Positions 50,162 through 60,415 of a stretch of 64,000 nucleotides of DNA are shown piece by piece. Source of the stretch: Bacteroidota bacterium (GTDB taxonomy: Bacteria > Bacteroidota > Bacteroidia > Chitinophagales > Saprospiraceae); contig JBCBEC010000022.1 of assembly GCA_038528965.1 (NCBI GenBank), positions 4,640-68,639 of the forward strand, read 5' to 3'. The stretch's first letter is position 1; every line of letters starts with the position of its first letter. The translations under genes and the position numbers were made by a program. Below the pieces are notes generated by a model. That model was not told the origin of the DNA, ran no database searches, and saw only the letters and a program-made list of their open reading frames with translations.

Positions 50162-50369
50162 GGATTTAGGTTAAAAAATAAGGTTTTATGCTAAGGGTTT
50201 CACCCTCGCGCCCAGCAATAAAAATAGGCTGCGACCGTGTGGTACGCCTTTAGCGTACTGCCCGCACCACTCTCGCCGATTTTTCTTTGTAGTTGCTACC
50301 CAATCCTCGCCGGAGGGCAGAAGGGTATAGCAGATAGCTATAGCCCTTCAGTAACTAAGGAGAAAAAAG

Positions 50370-50588
50370 ATGGACATGAAAACCTGTCGTGATTTAATCT
50401 GGGAACAGCTTGACTTGGAAAATTCGGCCTGTCTCATATTTCTTGATGGAGAAAAGCATTCAATCTGGAATAATCCAGCAGATGTACTCCGTCAAGTACG
50501 CATGTTAGAGGAGCAGTATGATCCTTCGTGCATTTCAATAGAAGTACTTCCCAATGTGAATTGCATCGATGGAGGATACTTCTTCTAA
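50370..50588 (+). CDS. Hypothetical small protein
   Basis: ORF preceded by 'taaggag'. Confidence 0.3.
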   Translation: MDMKTCRDLIWEQLDLENSACLIFLDGEKHSIWNNPADVLRQVRMLEEQYDPSCISIEVLPNVNCIDGGYFF

Positions 50589-50649
50589 AGGCACTTGCCT
50601 TTTTCCTCAATTTGAGGATGATTAACAACAACCAATTAAGGAGAATAAA

Positions 50650-51009
50650 ATGGCTTATAACAATAACGTAAAACTAACTGGCAACCTTGGAGGAGAAGCT
50701 AAGATCATCGAAGGCGAAAACAAAACCTTTGCTGCTCTACGCCTTGCCACAACTGATACCTATAAAGACAAAGAAACGGATGAGTGGAAAGACAAGGCGA
50801 CTATTTGGCATGATGTCATTGTCTTCAACCCTGCTCTGATCGAGGAAGTAAAAGCCTACAAGAAAGGTGTACGATTAGAGATTGACGGTAGCCTTTCTTA
50901 TCGTGAATTTCTAGTTAGTATAAACGGTAAGGAGGTCACTAAAAGGGAAGCATCTATTCTTGCTCACAAGATTGAACAAGCCCCTTTAGTGAAAAAAGAT
51001 AAAGCATAG
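50650..51009 (+). CDS. Single-stranded DNA-binding (SSB-like, OB-fold) protein
   Basis: 'VKLTGNLGGEAKI...FAALRLATTDTYKDKETDEWKDKATIWHDVIVFN...LEIDGSL' follows the SSB OB-fold pattern. Preceded by 'aaggagaat'. Confidence 0.5.
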   Translation: MAYNNNVKLTGNLGGEAKIIEGENKTFAALRLATTDTYKDKETDEWKDKATIWHDVIVFNPALIEEVKAYKKGVRLEIDGSLSYREFLVSINGKEVTKREASILAHKIEQAPLVKKDKA

Positions 51010-51103
51010 TAGGCTTGGATTCGAGGGCTTTTCCGGTCCTCGATTTCCATATACAAGCCCGATAATCTATGATAGGATAATTAAGCAATTAAGGAGAATT
51101 GTA

Positions 51104-51304
51104 ATGTCTTTAATGATGGGAAGTTTATACAATGCTTTAGTCCAAGCTGGAGTAGGACAAGACGAAGCGGCAAAGGCTGCCGAAGAAGTAGCCTCCTACG
51201 AAAATCGCATTGCGAAAATTGAGGTTGATCTGGCGGTACTTAAGTGGATGGTCGGCTTCAATATTGCGACAACAGTAACCATTCTGGTGCGTAGTTTCTT
51301 CTAG
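51104..51304 (+). CDS. Hypothetical small membrane-associated protein
   Basis: ORF with SD 'aaggagaat'. C-terminal hydrophobic segment. Confidence 0.3.
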   Translation: MSLMMGSLYNALVQAGVGQDEAAKAAEEVASYENRIAKIEVDLAVLKWMVGFNIATTVTILVRSFF

Positions 51305-51305
51305 C

Positions 51306-51698
51306 CTACTGTGTAGTCTCAAATCGAATAGAAGTGATTTCTACTTCTCCCTTTTTAACTTCAGTGAAAGAAGCCTCGGGCTCTTTGATCCAGAGAACGC
51401 GATGATGGATGATGTTATCGAAGAGAGATTGTAAGTTCTTGCCAATGATAGTGACCTGTATTCTCGTTGTACATAATTGTATTTCGGTGTCTCCATCGTA
51501 GTCCATTGGGGATACAAGGTCGTGGTAGTGGATTGCCCGTTGCTCTCCCAAAGCAGTTGTGAACTTAACGGCTACCGCCATACCATCCCGTTCGTGAGCC
51601 AGGCCAAAGAAAGGGTTGTTCCCAAGTCCTTTGAACGCAGAGGAACCTTGCTTGTAGCGGATGAACTCTGGAATACTACTTTGTTCGGACTGGGACAT
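51306..51698 (-). CDS. Hypothetical protein
   Basis: ORF directly downstream of the relaxase gene on the same strand. Confidence 0.35.
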   Translation of the reverse strand: MSQSEQSSIPEFIRYKQGSSAFKGLGNNPFFGLAHERDGMAVAVKFTTALGEQRAIHYHDLVSPMDYDGDTEIQLCTTRIQVTIIGKNLQSLFDNIIHHRVLWIKEPEASFTEVKKGEVEITSIRFETTQ

Positions 51699-54501
51699 GC
51701 TTTACGGGTTGTGGAGGTTTCGAAACAATACTGATAATGTCGTCTTTCTTTTTTTGCCACTTTTCGCCCAGGTTTGCAACCTTAGATTTACCGGTGCGGT
51801 AGATGGCACCAATCACCTTGAGCTTTGCCTTTATACCTTGTTCTTGCTGTTCTACGGATGAAGCTAGCTCGGAAGCAGTCATGCGTTGGCTAGAACGCTG
51901 TACGGCTTCCATCAACCCTTGCTTATCATCGGTGTGAATGGAGATCGAGAACTTCCCCCGTGAGACAGAAACATAGAACTGTTCCTTACTCGCCGCCCGC
52001 CCCGTCATAGCCGATTGCATCACAATGACACGGTTGACAGACTTTCCCTGCGAAGCGGGAGAGGTCGTGTAATAACCATGTGTCAGATTCCCGAAATGAC
52101 GACCTAGAGTAACCTCATTGCGTCCAGTAGAAGCACGGATATTTCCCTTTTTGTCAAAACCAGTTACCGTCAGGATATTACCGTTGTTAAGGCGTTTTTT
52201 TTCGTTTGAAAAACCATTATCGGTGATACGAACTTGATCACCTACAGCTAAAGAAGTTTGCGTTGTCCGATAGACCGAAAAATGCTTGGCTGCGCCAAGG
52301 GGCAATGTTCTTTCTTCTGTTTTACCTACTGTCGCAATACGTATTTCACCGTTTTCGGTTTTACCCAAAACCTGGTACTTAGTGCCACGTTTTAAGCCAC
52401 CCTTCAAATTTTGGGTAAATTGCACGACCATTCCCTCTTGATAGCGAGTTGGGTCTTGCTTTTCGGCATCGGTGAAAGAAAGGTTTTGCTGGGTTTTGAA
52501 AATGCGCTCTTTACCACGAATTATACCTTCTTCCCGAAGCTTTTCGCGAATGGTTTCAGTTACTGCTTTCCCTTGCTTGTGCGTGGTGGCTACAATGAGT
52601 ACATTTTCCTTTTGCTGTATTGCAGATGTGTATTCAGCTGCTACTCGTTCGCGGGCTTCGTCAAAGCTATCCGCTTCTTTGACAGCCCCCATTTGATCCA
52701 GCGTTTCCAAACCACTTTCTAGGTTTCCACTGGAAATGGATTTGACAACACTTCGATAAGCATCGTTTTTCTGGCGTTGTATCTTCGTTATGGTAGCAGC
52801 TTTGATACCACCAAACTGTTCAATAATGCGTAGTGCATCCCCTCGTTCTACGGAGCCATGCTGCTTAATATCCCCCGTCAGCAGAATACGAGCATTTTGT
52901 TCTTCGGCTACTTTGATAATCCGATTCATAGTTGGATTGCCAACCATCCCCGCTTCATCAATCCAGATAACGCCATCTTTGACACTAGCTTGCAGCTTAT
53001 CACTTTGCAGTAGTTCGGCAATGGTAGTGGCATTTTCAAAGCCATCGCCTCGCTGTACTTCACGAGAAGCAGCTGAGGATGGTGCAAAGGCACCAAAAGC
53101 GATGCCTTGTTCACGTACACCTTCGGCTACTTCTTTGATCGACCAAGTTTTTCCGGTACCTGCCCCGCCTGCTACGACTGTGATGAAATCGCGCGAGTTG
53201 AGTACATGCTGTACAGCTCCCGCTTGTTCTCGGGTTAGCTGTGGGTTTTTAATCTCATAGCCTGGATTCAACGGCTGAAATGCACCTCTGCCTTGACGTG
53301 CCTTATCACGTAAAAGCTTTTCTTCTCTAACCGAATCGCGAGTGGTATAGATGGTTTCTTGAGTTCTATTATCGGTGCCTTTGAGTAAATCATCACGACT
53401 CTCCAGCGATACCCGGATGGTTTCGGGAGTAGTTGACCCTATGCTCCGCTTAAGAGCTAGGATCATCAGCTCTTTATCGGTAGCTACAGACTTTCTTTCT
53501 AGCGCATGATTGAGCGCATAGCTGACGGCCTCATCGGGGGGCATCTCTTTTTTCTTTTCAATAGCATTCGCCCTTTCGGGCGTAATTGCACTTCCACTAG
53601 AGGTATCTTGCTTAGCGTTGTGTATTAAATCCAGTTCAGACTCATTGAGTCGACTGGTCCATTCCTGGTGTAGCTCTTCACGATTATATCCGGTGCGCTT
53701 TCCTGCTCTGGTTTTGGCACCAAGCTCTGCTTTATCCTCCTCGTAGGTCAGGCCTAGTTCAGCAGCTTTCTCATTAATCAGGCGCGTTCGATTGGAAAAT
53801 TTGTCAATGGTGGAACGACCAAACCCAGCCAGTTCAAAGTCTCGTTCATTGCGTTCAACCTGGTATCCCATAGCCTGCAAATTGGCCGCTAATCGGGAGT
53901 TGAAAACTGTCTCGAAATAGGACGCATTACGTTTGATGTCACCAAATTGAGCAGCCTTGATTCGTCTTTCTTTTTCATCATAAGTAGCATTGAATACAAA
54001 TACATGTTGATGTAGATGTGGGTCAGGAATGCCACCAACTGGCCGTGCATCTGTGTGCGTGAATGTACCCCAGAGTAGATTTTCTGTGCTCCGATTTGTA
54101 TTCTTTCCTCCTGCTCTTACCCGTGTAGCGGCGTTTTGCTCGATTTCCAGCATAGTTGTATTCACCGCAGTATCAAATGCACGGAGAATGTCATTATCTT
54201 TAGTTTGCGCATAAACAATTGAGACGGATTTGGGTACTGAGAAAGTGAAGTCATAGCCCACCCGTCGCGAGCTGGAATGCCGTGCAGTAAGTTGTTCGCC
54301 AGAGACCGGATTTTGGTTCTGAGCGATAGCTGCAAAGTCGTCTCTTTCTACGTCCCCACTCAGGCCGATTCGCTCTGCTAATCGACCATGCCACTGGCCG
54401 ATTATTTCGCCCTTTTCGGCGTAATAATCCGATTTGGTCAAACCTTCGCTAAAGTACTTGGTAGCACCAGATGCTGACTTACTAACGGTAATTCTAAGCA
54501 T
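51676..54501 (-). CDS. MobF-family conjugative relaxase fused to TraA/TrwC-type helicase
   Basis: N-terminal 'MLRITVSKSASGATKYFSEG...YYAEKGEIIGQWHGRLAERIGL' is the TrwC relaxase start. The metal-binding 'HTDARPVGGIPDPHLHQHVFVFN' is the 3-His motif. Helicase Walker A 'VVAGGAGTGKT' is followed by C-terminal AAA_30/UvrD-like blocks. Confidence 0.8.
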   Translation of the reverse strand: MLRITVSKSASGATKYFSEGLTKSDYYAEKGEIIGQWHGRLAERIGLSGDVERDDFAAIAQNQNPVSGEQLTARHSSSRRVGYDFTFSVPKSVSIVYAQTKDNDILRAFDTAVNTTMLEIEQNAATRVRAGGKNTNRSTENLLWGTFTHTDARPVGGIPDPHLHQHVFVFNATYDEKERRIKAAQFGDIKRNASYFETVFNSRLAANLQAMGYQVERNERDFELAGFGRSTIDKFSNRTRLINEKAAELGLTYEEDKAELGAKTRAGKRTGYNREELHQEWTSRLNESELDLIHNAKQDTSSGSAITPERANAIEKKKEMPPDEAVSYALNHALERKSVATDKELMILALKRSIGSTTPETIRVSLESRDDLLKGTDNRTQETIYTTRDSVREEKLLRDKARQGRGAFQPLNPGYEIKNPQLTREQAGAVQHVLNSRDFITVVAGGAGTGKTWSIKEVAEGVREQGIAFGAFAPSSAASREVQRGDGFENATTIAELLQSDKLQASVKDGVIWIDEAGMVGNPTMNRIIKVAEEQNARILLTGDIKQHGSVERGDALRIIEQFGGIKAATITKIQRQKNDAYRSVVKSISSGNLESGLETLDQMGAVKEADSFDEARERVAAEYTSAIQQKENVLIVATTHKQGKAVTETIREKLREEGIIRGKERIFKTQQNLSFTDAEKQDPTRYQEGMVVQFTQNLKGGLKRGTKYQVLGKTENGEIRIATVGKTEERTLPLGAAKHFSVYRTTQTSLAVGDQVRITDNGFSNEKKRLNNGNILTVTGFDKKGNIRASTGRNEVTLGRHFGNLTHGYYTTSPASQGKSVNRVIVMQSAMTGRAASKEQFYVSVSRGKFSISIHTDDKQGLMEAVQRSSQRMTASELASSVEQQEQGIKAKLKVIGAIYRTGKSKVANLGEKWQKKKDDIISIVSKPPQPVKHVPVRTK

Positions 54502-54729
54502 GTTTTAGCTCGTTTTGACTGGTTTAATTATAGTTACAGGCGTCTCCCCTTAGCACAGCTAGAGGACTTATAGGCAAGGTAGCAGCGATTGGAAATCAAT
54601 GCAATAGGAGGTTTTTGGAAAACCCGGGAAAACTGAAATGGTGCCGGTTAGATCGTGCCATTTCAAACACTGTAAAGAGTAGATTTGGCACTGGGCATTT
54701 GCTATTGAAAAGAAAAAGCGTTAGAAAAA

Positions 54730-56217
54730 ATGAATAGTAGTATCGGTAAAAAGGTTACCAACCTTGATCATCCATTAATCAGTTTTTCGAATCATCCGGA
54801 TGACACTTGGACTGTTCGCGATGCAGTTCGAGGAGTACAAATCTTTGGTGGTATTGGATCAGGTAAAACTTCAGGCAGTGGGCGAGCGCTTGCAATGGCT
54901 TTTTTACGGTCTGGTTTTGGTGGAATTATTCTCACTGGTAAAGTTGACGAGACGAAGCTTTGGATAGAATATGCAAAGAAAACGGGACGAAGTAAAGACC
55001 TGTTGGTTTTCAGTGAGAATAGCAAGTACCGATTTAATCCTTTAGAATACGAATTAACTAGGGAGGGTGAAGGAGCAGGTCAGACTGAAAATATTGTAGC
55101 TCTCTTTACGTCCCTTGCAAAAATGGGTAATCGCCTTAGCGGATCGGGAGGTGGAAGTGGTGATGATCCATTTTGGGACATGGCTCTTCAACGCTGTATC
55201 AAAGCAGCGGTTGATTTGCTGAAATTATCGAAGCAAGATATTACCGTTGCTAATATGGCTCGCTTGATACGAGAGGCACCAACTGGCGAGAACTACCTCT
55301 ATCAGTATTATGAACTTAGTCGCCTTGCCAATGAAGGCAATGAAGAAGCTTACCAGGAACTCAATAAATGGGCACAACAGAGTTTTGCAGTTCACTGCAT
55401 GGTCTGGGCCGAGTCTTATGAATTAAAAGGTCAGGATTTAAAGGCATTTGAAGTAGTTTCTAGCTATTTCTTAAGCGACTTTGCAACCTTGGCTGAAAAG
55501 ACAAGAAGTTCCATAGCAGAATACTTCTACGCTTTTGCTAATCCATTTCGTTCAGGTCTACTAGCAGAGTTCTTTGCTGGCGGCACGACTAAGGACATAT
55601 TGCCAGAAGTAACCTTCAAAGGGAAAATTATCATTTTGGATTTCCCCGTCAAGAAGTATTTACAATTAGGTATCTACGCTCAAGCGATTTACAAGCGTAT
55701 ATGGCAGCAAGCAGTGGAAGTACGAGATGTCAAGCGAAATCCAGTACCCGTTTTTATGTGGGTAGATGAAGCACAATATTTCCTAAATGAAGAGGATATG
55801 ATGTTTCAGACTACAGCCAGGAGTTCCAAAGCTTGTACAGTGATGCTATCGCAAAACATTTCTAATTACTACGCTACTATTGGTGGTAAGAATCCAAAGG
55901 AGCGCGTTAATTCACTACTCGGTAATCTAGCTACAAAAATATTCCACGCGAATAATGATTACGTAACCAATGAGTGGGCTGCCAATACTATTGGAAAGAC
56001 CTTTCAATCAAGAACATCCTCTAGTGTCGGTAAGTATGACTCTGTTTCGGTTTCCGAATCATTGAACTATCAGGTAGAGCCACAAGAATTTACGGTCCTT
56101 TTATCCGGTTCGGTGATCAATGATTTTGACGTGGAAGGAGTTGTAACTGTTGCAGGGAAGAAGTGGAGTAATGGGAAGAACTTTATCAAAGTAGCCTTTA
56201 ATCAAAAAGCAATATGA
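54730..56217 (+). CDS. VirD4/TraG/TraD-family type IV coupling-protein-like ATPase (no N-terminal TM)
   Basis: Walker A 'IFGGIGSGKTSGSG' and Walker B 'VFMWVDEAQYF'. Length and order match T4CP/MobC-like ATPases. Divergent from the relaxase gene. Confidence 0.55.
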   Translation: MNSSIGKKVTNLDHPLISFSNHPDDTWTVRDAVRGVQIFGGIGSGKTSGSGRALAMAFLRSGFGGIILTGKVDETKLWIEYAKKTGRSKDLLVFSENSKYRFNPLEYELTREGEGAGQTENIVALFTSLAKMGNRLSGSGGGSGDDPFWDMALQRCIKAAVDLLKLSKQDITVANMARLIREAPTGENYLYQYYELSRLANEGNEEAYQELNKWAQQSFAVHCMVWAESYELKGQDLKAFEVVSSYFLSDFATLAEKTRSSIAEYFYAFANPFRSGLLAEFFAGGTTKDILPEVTFKGKIIILDFPVKKYLQLGIYAQAIYKRIWQQAVEVRDVKRNPVPVFMWVDEAQYFLNEEDMMFQTTARSSKACTVMLSQNISNYYATIGGKNPKERVNSLLGNLATKIFHANNDYVTNEWAANTIGKTFQSRTSSSVGKYDSVSVSESLNYQVEPQEFTVLLSGSVINDFDVEGVVTVAGKKWSNGKNFIKVAFNQKAI

Positions 56218-57173
56218 AGTACAGAACTAGGACGGGTAAAGTACTATCCGATCAAAGTTTATTGTCTGATCTTGGACAAACAGGTAAGGGGTTACTTCAG
56301 AGTACCCCATCTAGTATAAGTAATTTTTTTTCCGCTCTTCTCCAGTATTTCATAGGAGCACTCGCATTCTTAAGCCGGGGAGTTCTGCGTTCGAACCTTG
56401 GGGAAAGAACGTTTGGTGTCTTAACCCTGATTTCGATAATTTTCTTTGTTGGTCTTACACTTGTCTTTCCGTCCGCTTATAAAGTTACATATTCTTGGAT
56501 GTGGGGAGATGGGGGAAATATGAATGGATATTTGGATGAGATATATACCTTCTTTCTAACGTTCCTTTATCCTTTCTTTATAGTGCTGATTGGTAGCCTT
56601 GATAAAGAGTTGACCTTAGCGGAATATTTCAAGGAATTGAGTTTTGTTCCGTCAATTCCGTTACTATGTTTCATCGCTTTTACCTTAATAATTACTCTTG
56701 GGCATCTTGCAGAGGTGCACAATAGAAGATCCCAAAAAGTGGTTGTGCATTCGTTTTATCGAGGTGATAGTCTCTTGTTTAAATGGTTAGAAGGTAAAAG
56801 TATATTGGGTGTACAGTTTTCAAAACTCCGTATTTGGATGCTTCTTGAACCTCTCTTTGTTTTAATCGTAGCATTTCTATTCGACAATATCCTCAACTAT
56901 GAACAAGTGGCGCTTTTACTGACAGTAAGTGCGTGTTGTCTATTTGTTGAGGAATTTCGTGTGTATCAGGAGAATAGACGTTTTGAACTGGATATGCTCG
57001 ATGGACAATTAGATGCAGTCTATGCTTCCGAACTGCAAAGGGAATACCAGGCAAGTCTAGATGAAGCTAAAGACGAAAGCCCAAAGACTTTTCAGTCAGT
57101 CTTCGGGCAATCAGGGGTAAGTCAAAGAGAGAATAAGGGAAGCTCAACAACCTTTAGAGCTAAAATCCATTAA
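56214..57173 (+). CDS. Multi-TM membrane protein (hypothetical)
   Basis: ATGA overlap with the upstream T4CP-like gene. About 6 hydrophobic helices. Confidence 0.5.
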   Translation: MKYRTRTGKVLSDQSLLSDLGQTGKGLLQSTPSSISNFFSALLQYFIGALAFLSRGVLRSNLGERTFGVLTLISIIFFVGLTLVFPSAYKVTYSWMWGDGGNMNGYLDEIYTFFLTFLYPFFIVLIGSLDKELTLAEYFKELSFVPSIPLLCFIAFTLIITLGHLAEVHNRRSQKVVVHSFYRGDSLLFKWLEGKSILGVQFSKLRIWMLLEPLFVLIVAFLFDNILNYEQVALLLTVSACCLFVEEFRVYQENRRFELDMLDGQLDAVYASELQREYQASLDEAKDESPKTFQSVFGQSGVSQRENKGSSTTFRAKIH

Positions 57174-57603
57174 CGGATTAGATCTCTTGAGTCTCTACTG
57201 CTAACTCGCCCTCGTTGATTTTGAGAGGGAGTCGGAACTCGGGATTGTTGTACTTTTTGTACCATACTTTGAGCTTTACCTCTTGCCAGAGTTGTTACTT
57301 GAGGTTTACTTGGTCCTCGATTAACAATTGCTTTCACTGTCTTCCCAATATTCCGACGTGGGGGAATAACGACTCTTCCTTTTGCCATAATGGATGGTAT
57401 TTAATGAACGATATATTGTCCAAATATCCATCCTTTGTGGCTTAACATCAGAGGCGTTAACCATTGGCTTTCCAGTATTCCTGCGTTTTCCCAAAATCAA
57501 TACATGGAAATTCAGCAAATTACCGTTACTCGATATTTTTAATTTTTATTAACCATTTCTTTACCATTCTATGCTAGAATGTACTCAACTAAGGAGAATA
57601 AAA

Positions 57604-58140
57604 GTGGAACGAACACAGGAAGAATTACGGCAGATTTATGAAGACCTACTTGCTTTAAAGGAAGTTCAGAATCAACTCCATGATATAGGTCAACTACTCC
57701 CGATTCCTTTAAATGGAAAGAGTTGGGAGGAAGAAAAGGCGGAATATTATGATAAAGGGGTTAGCCTTTATGATGGATTATTGTCGTCCCAAGTCAAGTC
57801 TTGTGAGATAAAAACACAATGTGAAGAGAATTATAACTGGATAAGATCAAAAAGGGAAGAAAGCGGATTTTGGAATCATGTTAATTATCGTTTTTTCAAC
57901 TCTTCAGAATACATAATTACCAGTGGAGGTATTTCACTCGAAGACATGATAACACTAACGAATCAAATTATAAAAGGGAAGGCTACAACTGAATCAATAG
58001 AATATTTCGACCAAATTCTCAATGGAATTGGTACATCTGCTTGTAATCCACGAGCTAGTCTTGATCTAGACTCCATAGAATGGAATCCTAATAATAATTC
58101 ATTATACAACGCTCATAATCCGAGTAATTCTAGAGGATAA
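57604..58140 (+). CDS. Hypothetical protein (GTG start)
   Basis: 'ctaaggagaataaaaGTG' gives a strong SD plus GTG. Preferred over the ATG at 57571, which has no SD. Confidence 0.35.
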   Translation: MERTQEELRQIYEDLLALKEVQNQLHDIGQLLPIPLNGKSWEEEKAEYYDKGVSLYDGLLSSQVKSCEIKTQCEENYNWIRSKREESGFWNHVNYRFFNSSEYIITSGGISLEDMITLTNQIIKGKATTESIEYFDQILNGIGTSACNPRASLDLDSIEWNPNNNSLYNAHNPSNSRG

Positions 58141-58166
58141 ATTGTTCTCTAAAAAAAACACCATAT

Positions 58167-59867
58167 ATGCTTCTCTTAGATACTTTGGGAGGTCACGATA
58201 GGACAACCTCAATTCTCTTTATGCTTGTACTATTATTCGTTGTCTGGCGAATAACTGTTGCTGTTGTCAGAGCATTCAAAAATTCAAATCCAGATCCCAA
58301 AACTATTCAGTCAAATAAAAAGTACAGTTGGCGAATATCAAGAAGGAGCATTCTCCGATTTTTTGGACTAATACACTATCCTAATATCCGGTACACTTCT
58401 AAGGAGTCTACAAGTACTTTTTGGGCGGGAATTAGAAATAGTTTTGCTGGAGATACTGGTATCAGTGGGATTACTTTTTTTATGGTATTCATCAGTATTG
58501 TATTTGTTCTAGTTAAATGGCTATGGCACGGTTGGAGAAGCGCATTTCCTCTGAAAACGCTCCTTGTATTTTTAATTGTAACTCTAGGATTAATATTAGG
58601 CTACGTTCTACTCTATTGCCTCACATTTGTGATTCTCAAGGATTTTCGTTTTCTGCTTGAAGCGCAGTTGTTGCATACGGCCTTAGAGGATTATTGGGCG
58701 AAAAGAACTGCTCTTCAAAAAGCAGTTAAGATTTACCCTTCAGAATTCGCATTTACCAAGCTAGGAGAAGTTCAAAAGGAAATCACTTCTAGTGAGGAAA
58801 GAAGAGATAGTCGGTTTTATTATGAGCGTGACTATTCCAAAAGTCACCAATATTTTGACGAAGCGATACAGATTGACAAAAACGAAAAAGCTCCATATCT
58901 CGCTAAAGCCAAACTATATAGATACACAAAAGATTACGCAAATGCGCTCGACTCCTACCGTGAAATTCAAGAACTTGAAGCAGAATCTAAGCCACCAAAA
59001 AATAGGACTATTGGCGATTTTTCTTTTGCTAGAGTTTATGCAGATTGGGGAAAAGACTTATTGATAGCGGGTGAATATCATGAATCCATAGATAGATTGG
59101 ATCATGCAATTGAATTGTATAGTGGCGAAGATAGCTGTCATCTCCGATGGGCATACTGGGATCGTTCTAAGGCATATTTGGCAATGGGAGAACTAGAGCG
59201 TGCGAAAGACGATTTATTGGCTACTTTTAGAATGACAGTTCAATGCTATACAACATCTTTAAAGAGGAATTATTCCCAAGGTGAAATACAACATTTTTTT
59301 AAGCGAAATAACTGGCCAAAAGCCTTTGATGATTTAATTGATTATGCTTTTTGGGTCTTCAAGGCCCTAGAGGACCAAGTTAGTGCTGAACTACTATTAA
59401 AAGAATATCTTGAAGATAACTCGAGCTTACATTTTCCTGTTTTTCTAAAGCGTCTTATCCTTCTTTTGGTTTCTTCGGGTAGAACAGACGAGGCAAAAAC
59501 ATATTATGATAGACACAGGGCATACCTGCTAGATGCAGAAGAAATTAAAAAGAAATTTGACCCTGCTAAGGGATATCGTGATAAATCAGAATTTGAAGAT
59601 ATCTCAATTGAGCAGTTAAATCAAATTGGAAATCTCTTAAAGGTCATCAATTCAGCCCTGGATATAGGCTATTTTGATATGGCTCTTAAATATCTGAAGC
59701 GTCTCGAAGAACGAGCACAGGCATCAGTTCATTATAGAATCTTGTACTGTTCTTATATGGGGAGATTATTAGAACAAGAATGGCGTTTTACAGATGCTTT
59801 AAAGTACTACGTCGAACTATTCCAAATTAGTGACGAGCAAGAGACTGATGAACTCGTTATTGCTTAA
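58167..59867 (+). CDS. Membrane-anchored TPR-like repeat protein, apparently interrupted by an in-frame TAA
   Basis: Three N-terminal TMs then TPR-like helical repeats. The frame stays open for 82 more TPR-like codons after the TAA at 59865-59867, ending at 60114. Confidence 0.5.
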   Translation: MLLLDTLGGHDRTTSILFMLVLLFVVWRITVAVVRAFKNSNPDPKTIQSNKKYSWRISRRSILRFFGLIHYPNIRYTSKESTSTFWAGIRNSFAGDTGISGITFFMVFISIVFVLVKWLWHGWRSAFPLKTLLVFLIVTLGLILGYVLLYCLTFVILKDFRFLLEAQLLHTALEDYWAKRTALQKAVKIYPSEFAFTKLGEVQKEITSSEERRDSRFYYERDYSKSHQYFDEAIQIDKNEKAPYLAKAKLYRYTKDYANALDSYREIQELEAESKPPKNRTIGDFSFARVYADWGKDLLIAGEYHESIDRLDHAIELYSGEDSCHLRWAYWDRSKAYLAMGELERAKDDLLATFRMTVQCYTTSLKRNYSQGEIQHFFKRNNWPKAFDDLIDYAFWVFKALEDQVSAELLLKEYLEDNSSLHFPVFLKRLILLLVSSGRTDEAKTYYDRHRAYLLDAEEIKKKFDPAKGYRDKSEFEDISIEQLNQIGNLLKVINSALDIGYFDMALKYLKRLEERAQASVHYRILYCSYMGRLLEQEWRFTDALKYYVELFQISDEQETDELVIA

Positions 59868-60415
59868 ATTAAATTCTTCCAACGAGATTTTGAGCAAGCT
59901 ACTGACGCGTACGAAGGGTATTTCTCCGCACTAAAGAATGCGGGTAAACCAGTTCCTCATCAACACATTATTGACTATGCTTACCTAAAAGAGTTGGCAA
60001 GTGATTATTCGGGTGCAATGGAAATTTTGTCATGTGAATCACAGAACACTAATAGGTGTTTTGAGTTGAGAAAAAAGCAAGGTATTAAGCGGCATATGCT
60101 TAGGTTTCATTGATCGGAGAGCATTATTATTGTTCTCCTCATCTACGAGATATTGCATATCAATTTGTACGGAGTTTTACTGTTTCTGACGATGGTTGTC
60201 CCTCAAGTTTCTATTGGGTCAATCCTCCCTTTTTCAGCTACACCAAGATACAGCTTGTCTCACCCTCTGCAAGTCACGCTTCGACTTAGATCAACAATTT
60301 TTTGAGACAAGCCGCAATAAATGGCTGCTCTAGACTGGCACAGGTCTCTCCTGCACTGAATACAGGTTCCGCAAAAAGGGCAGATGCCCAATTAACAACT
60401 TTAAGAAAAGGAACC

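Noticed and set aside
57170-57388. 72-aa highly basic minus-strand ORF
   Set aside because: It overlaps the end of the membrane-protein gene and lies between co-directional + genes. No SD or promoter context, so it is not called, though a small nucleic-acid-binding protein cannot be excluded.
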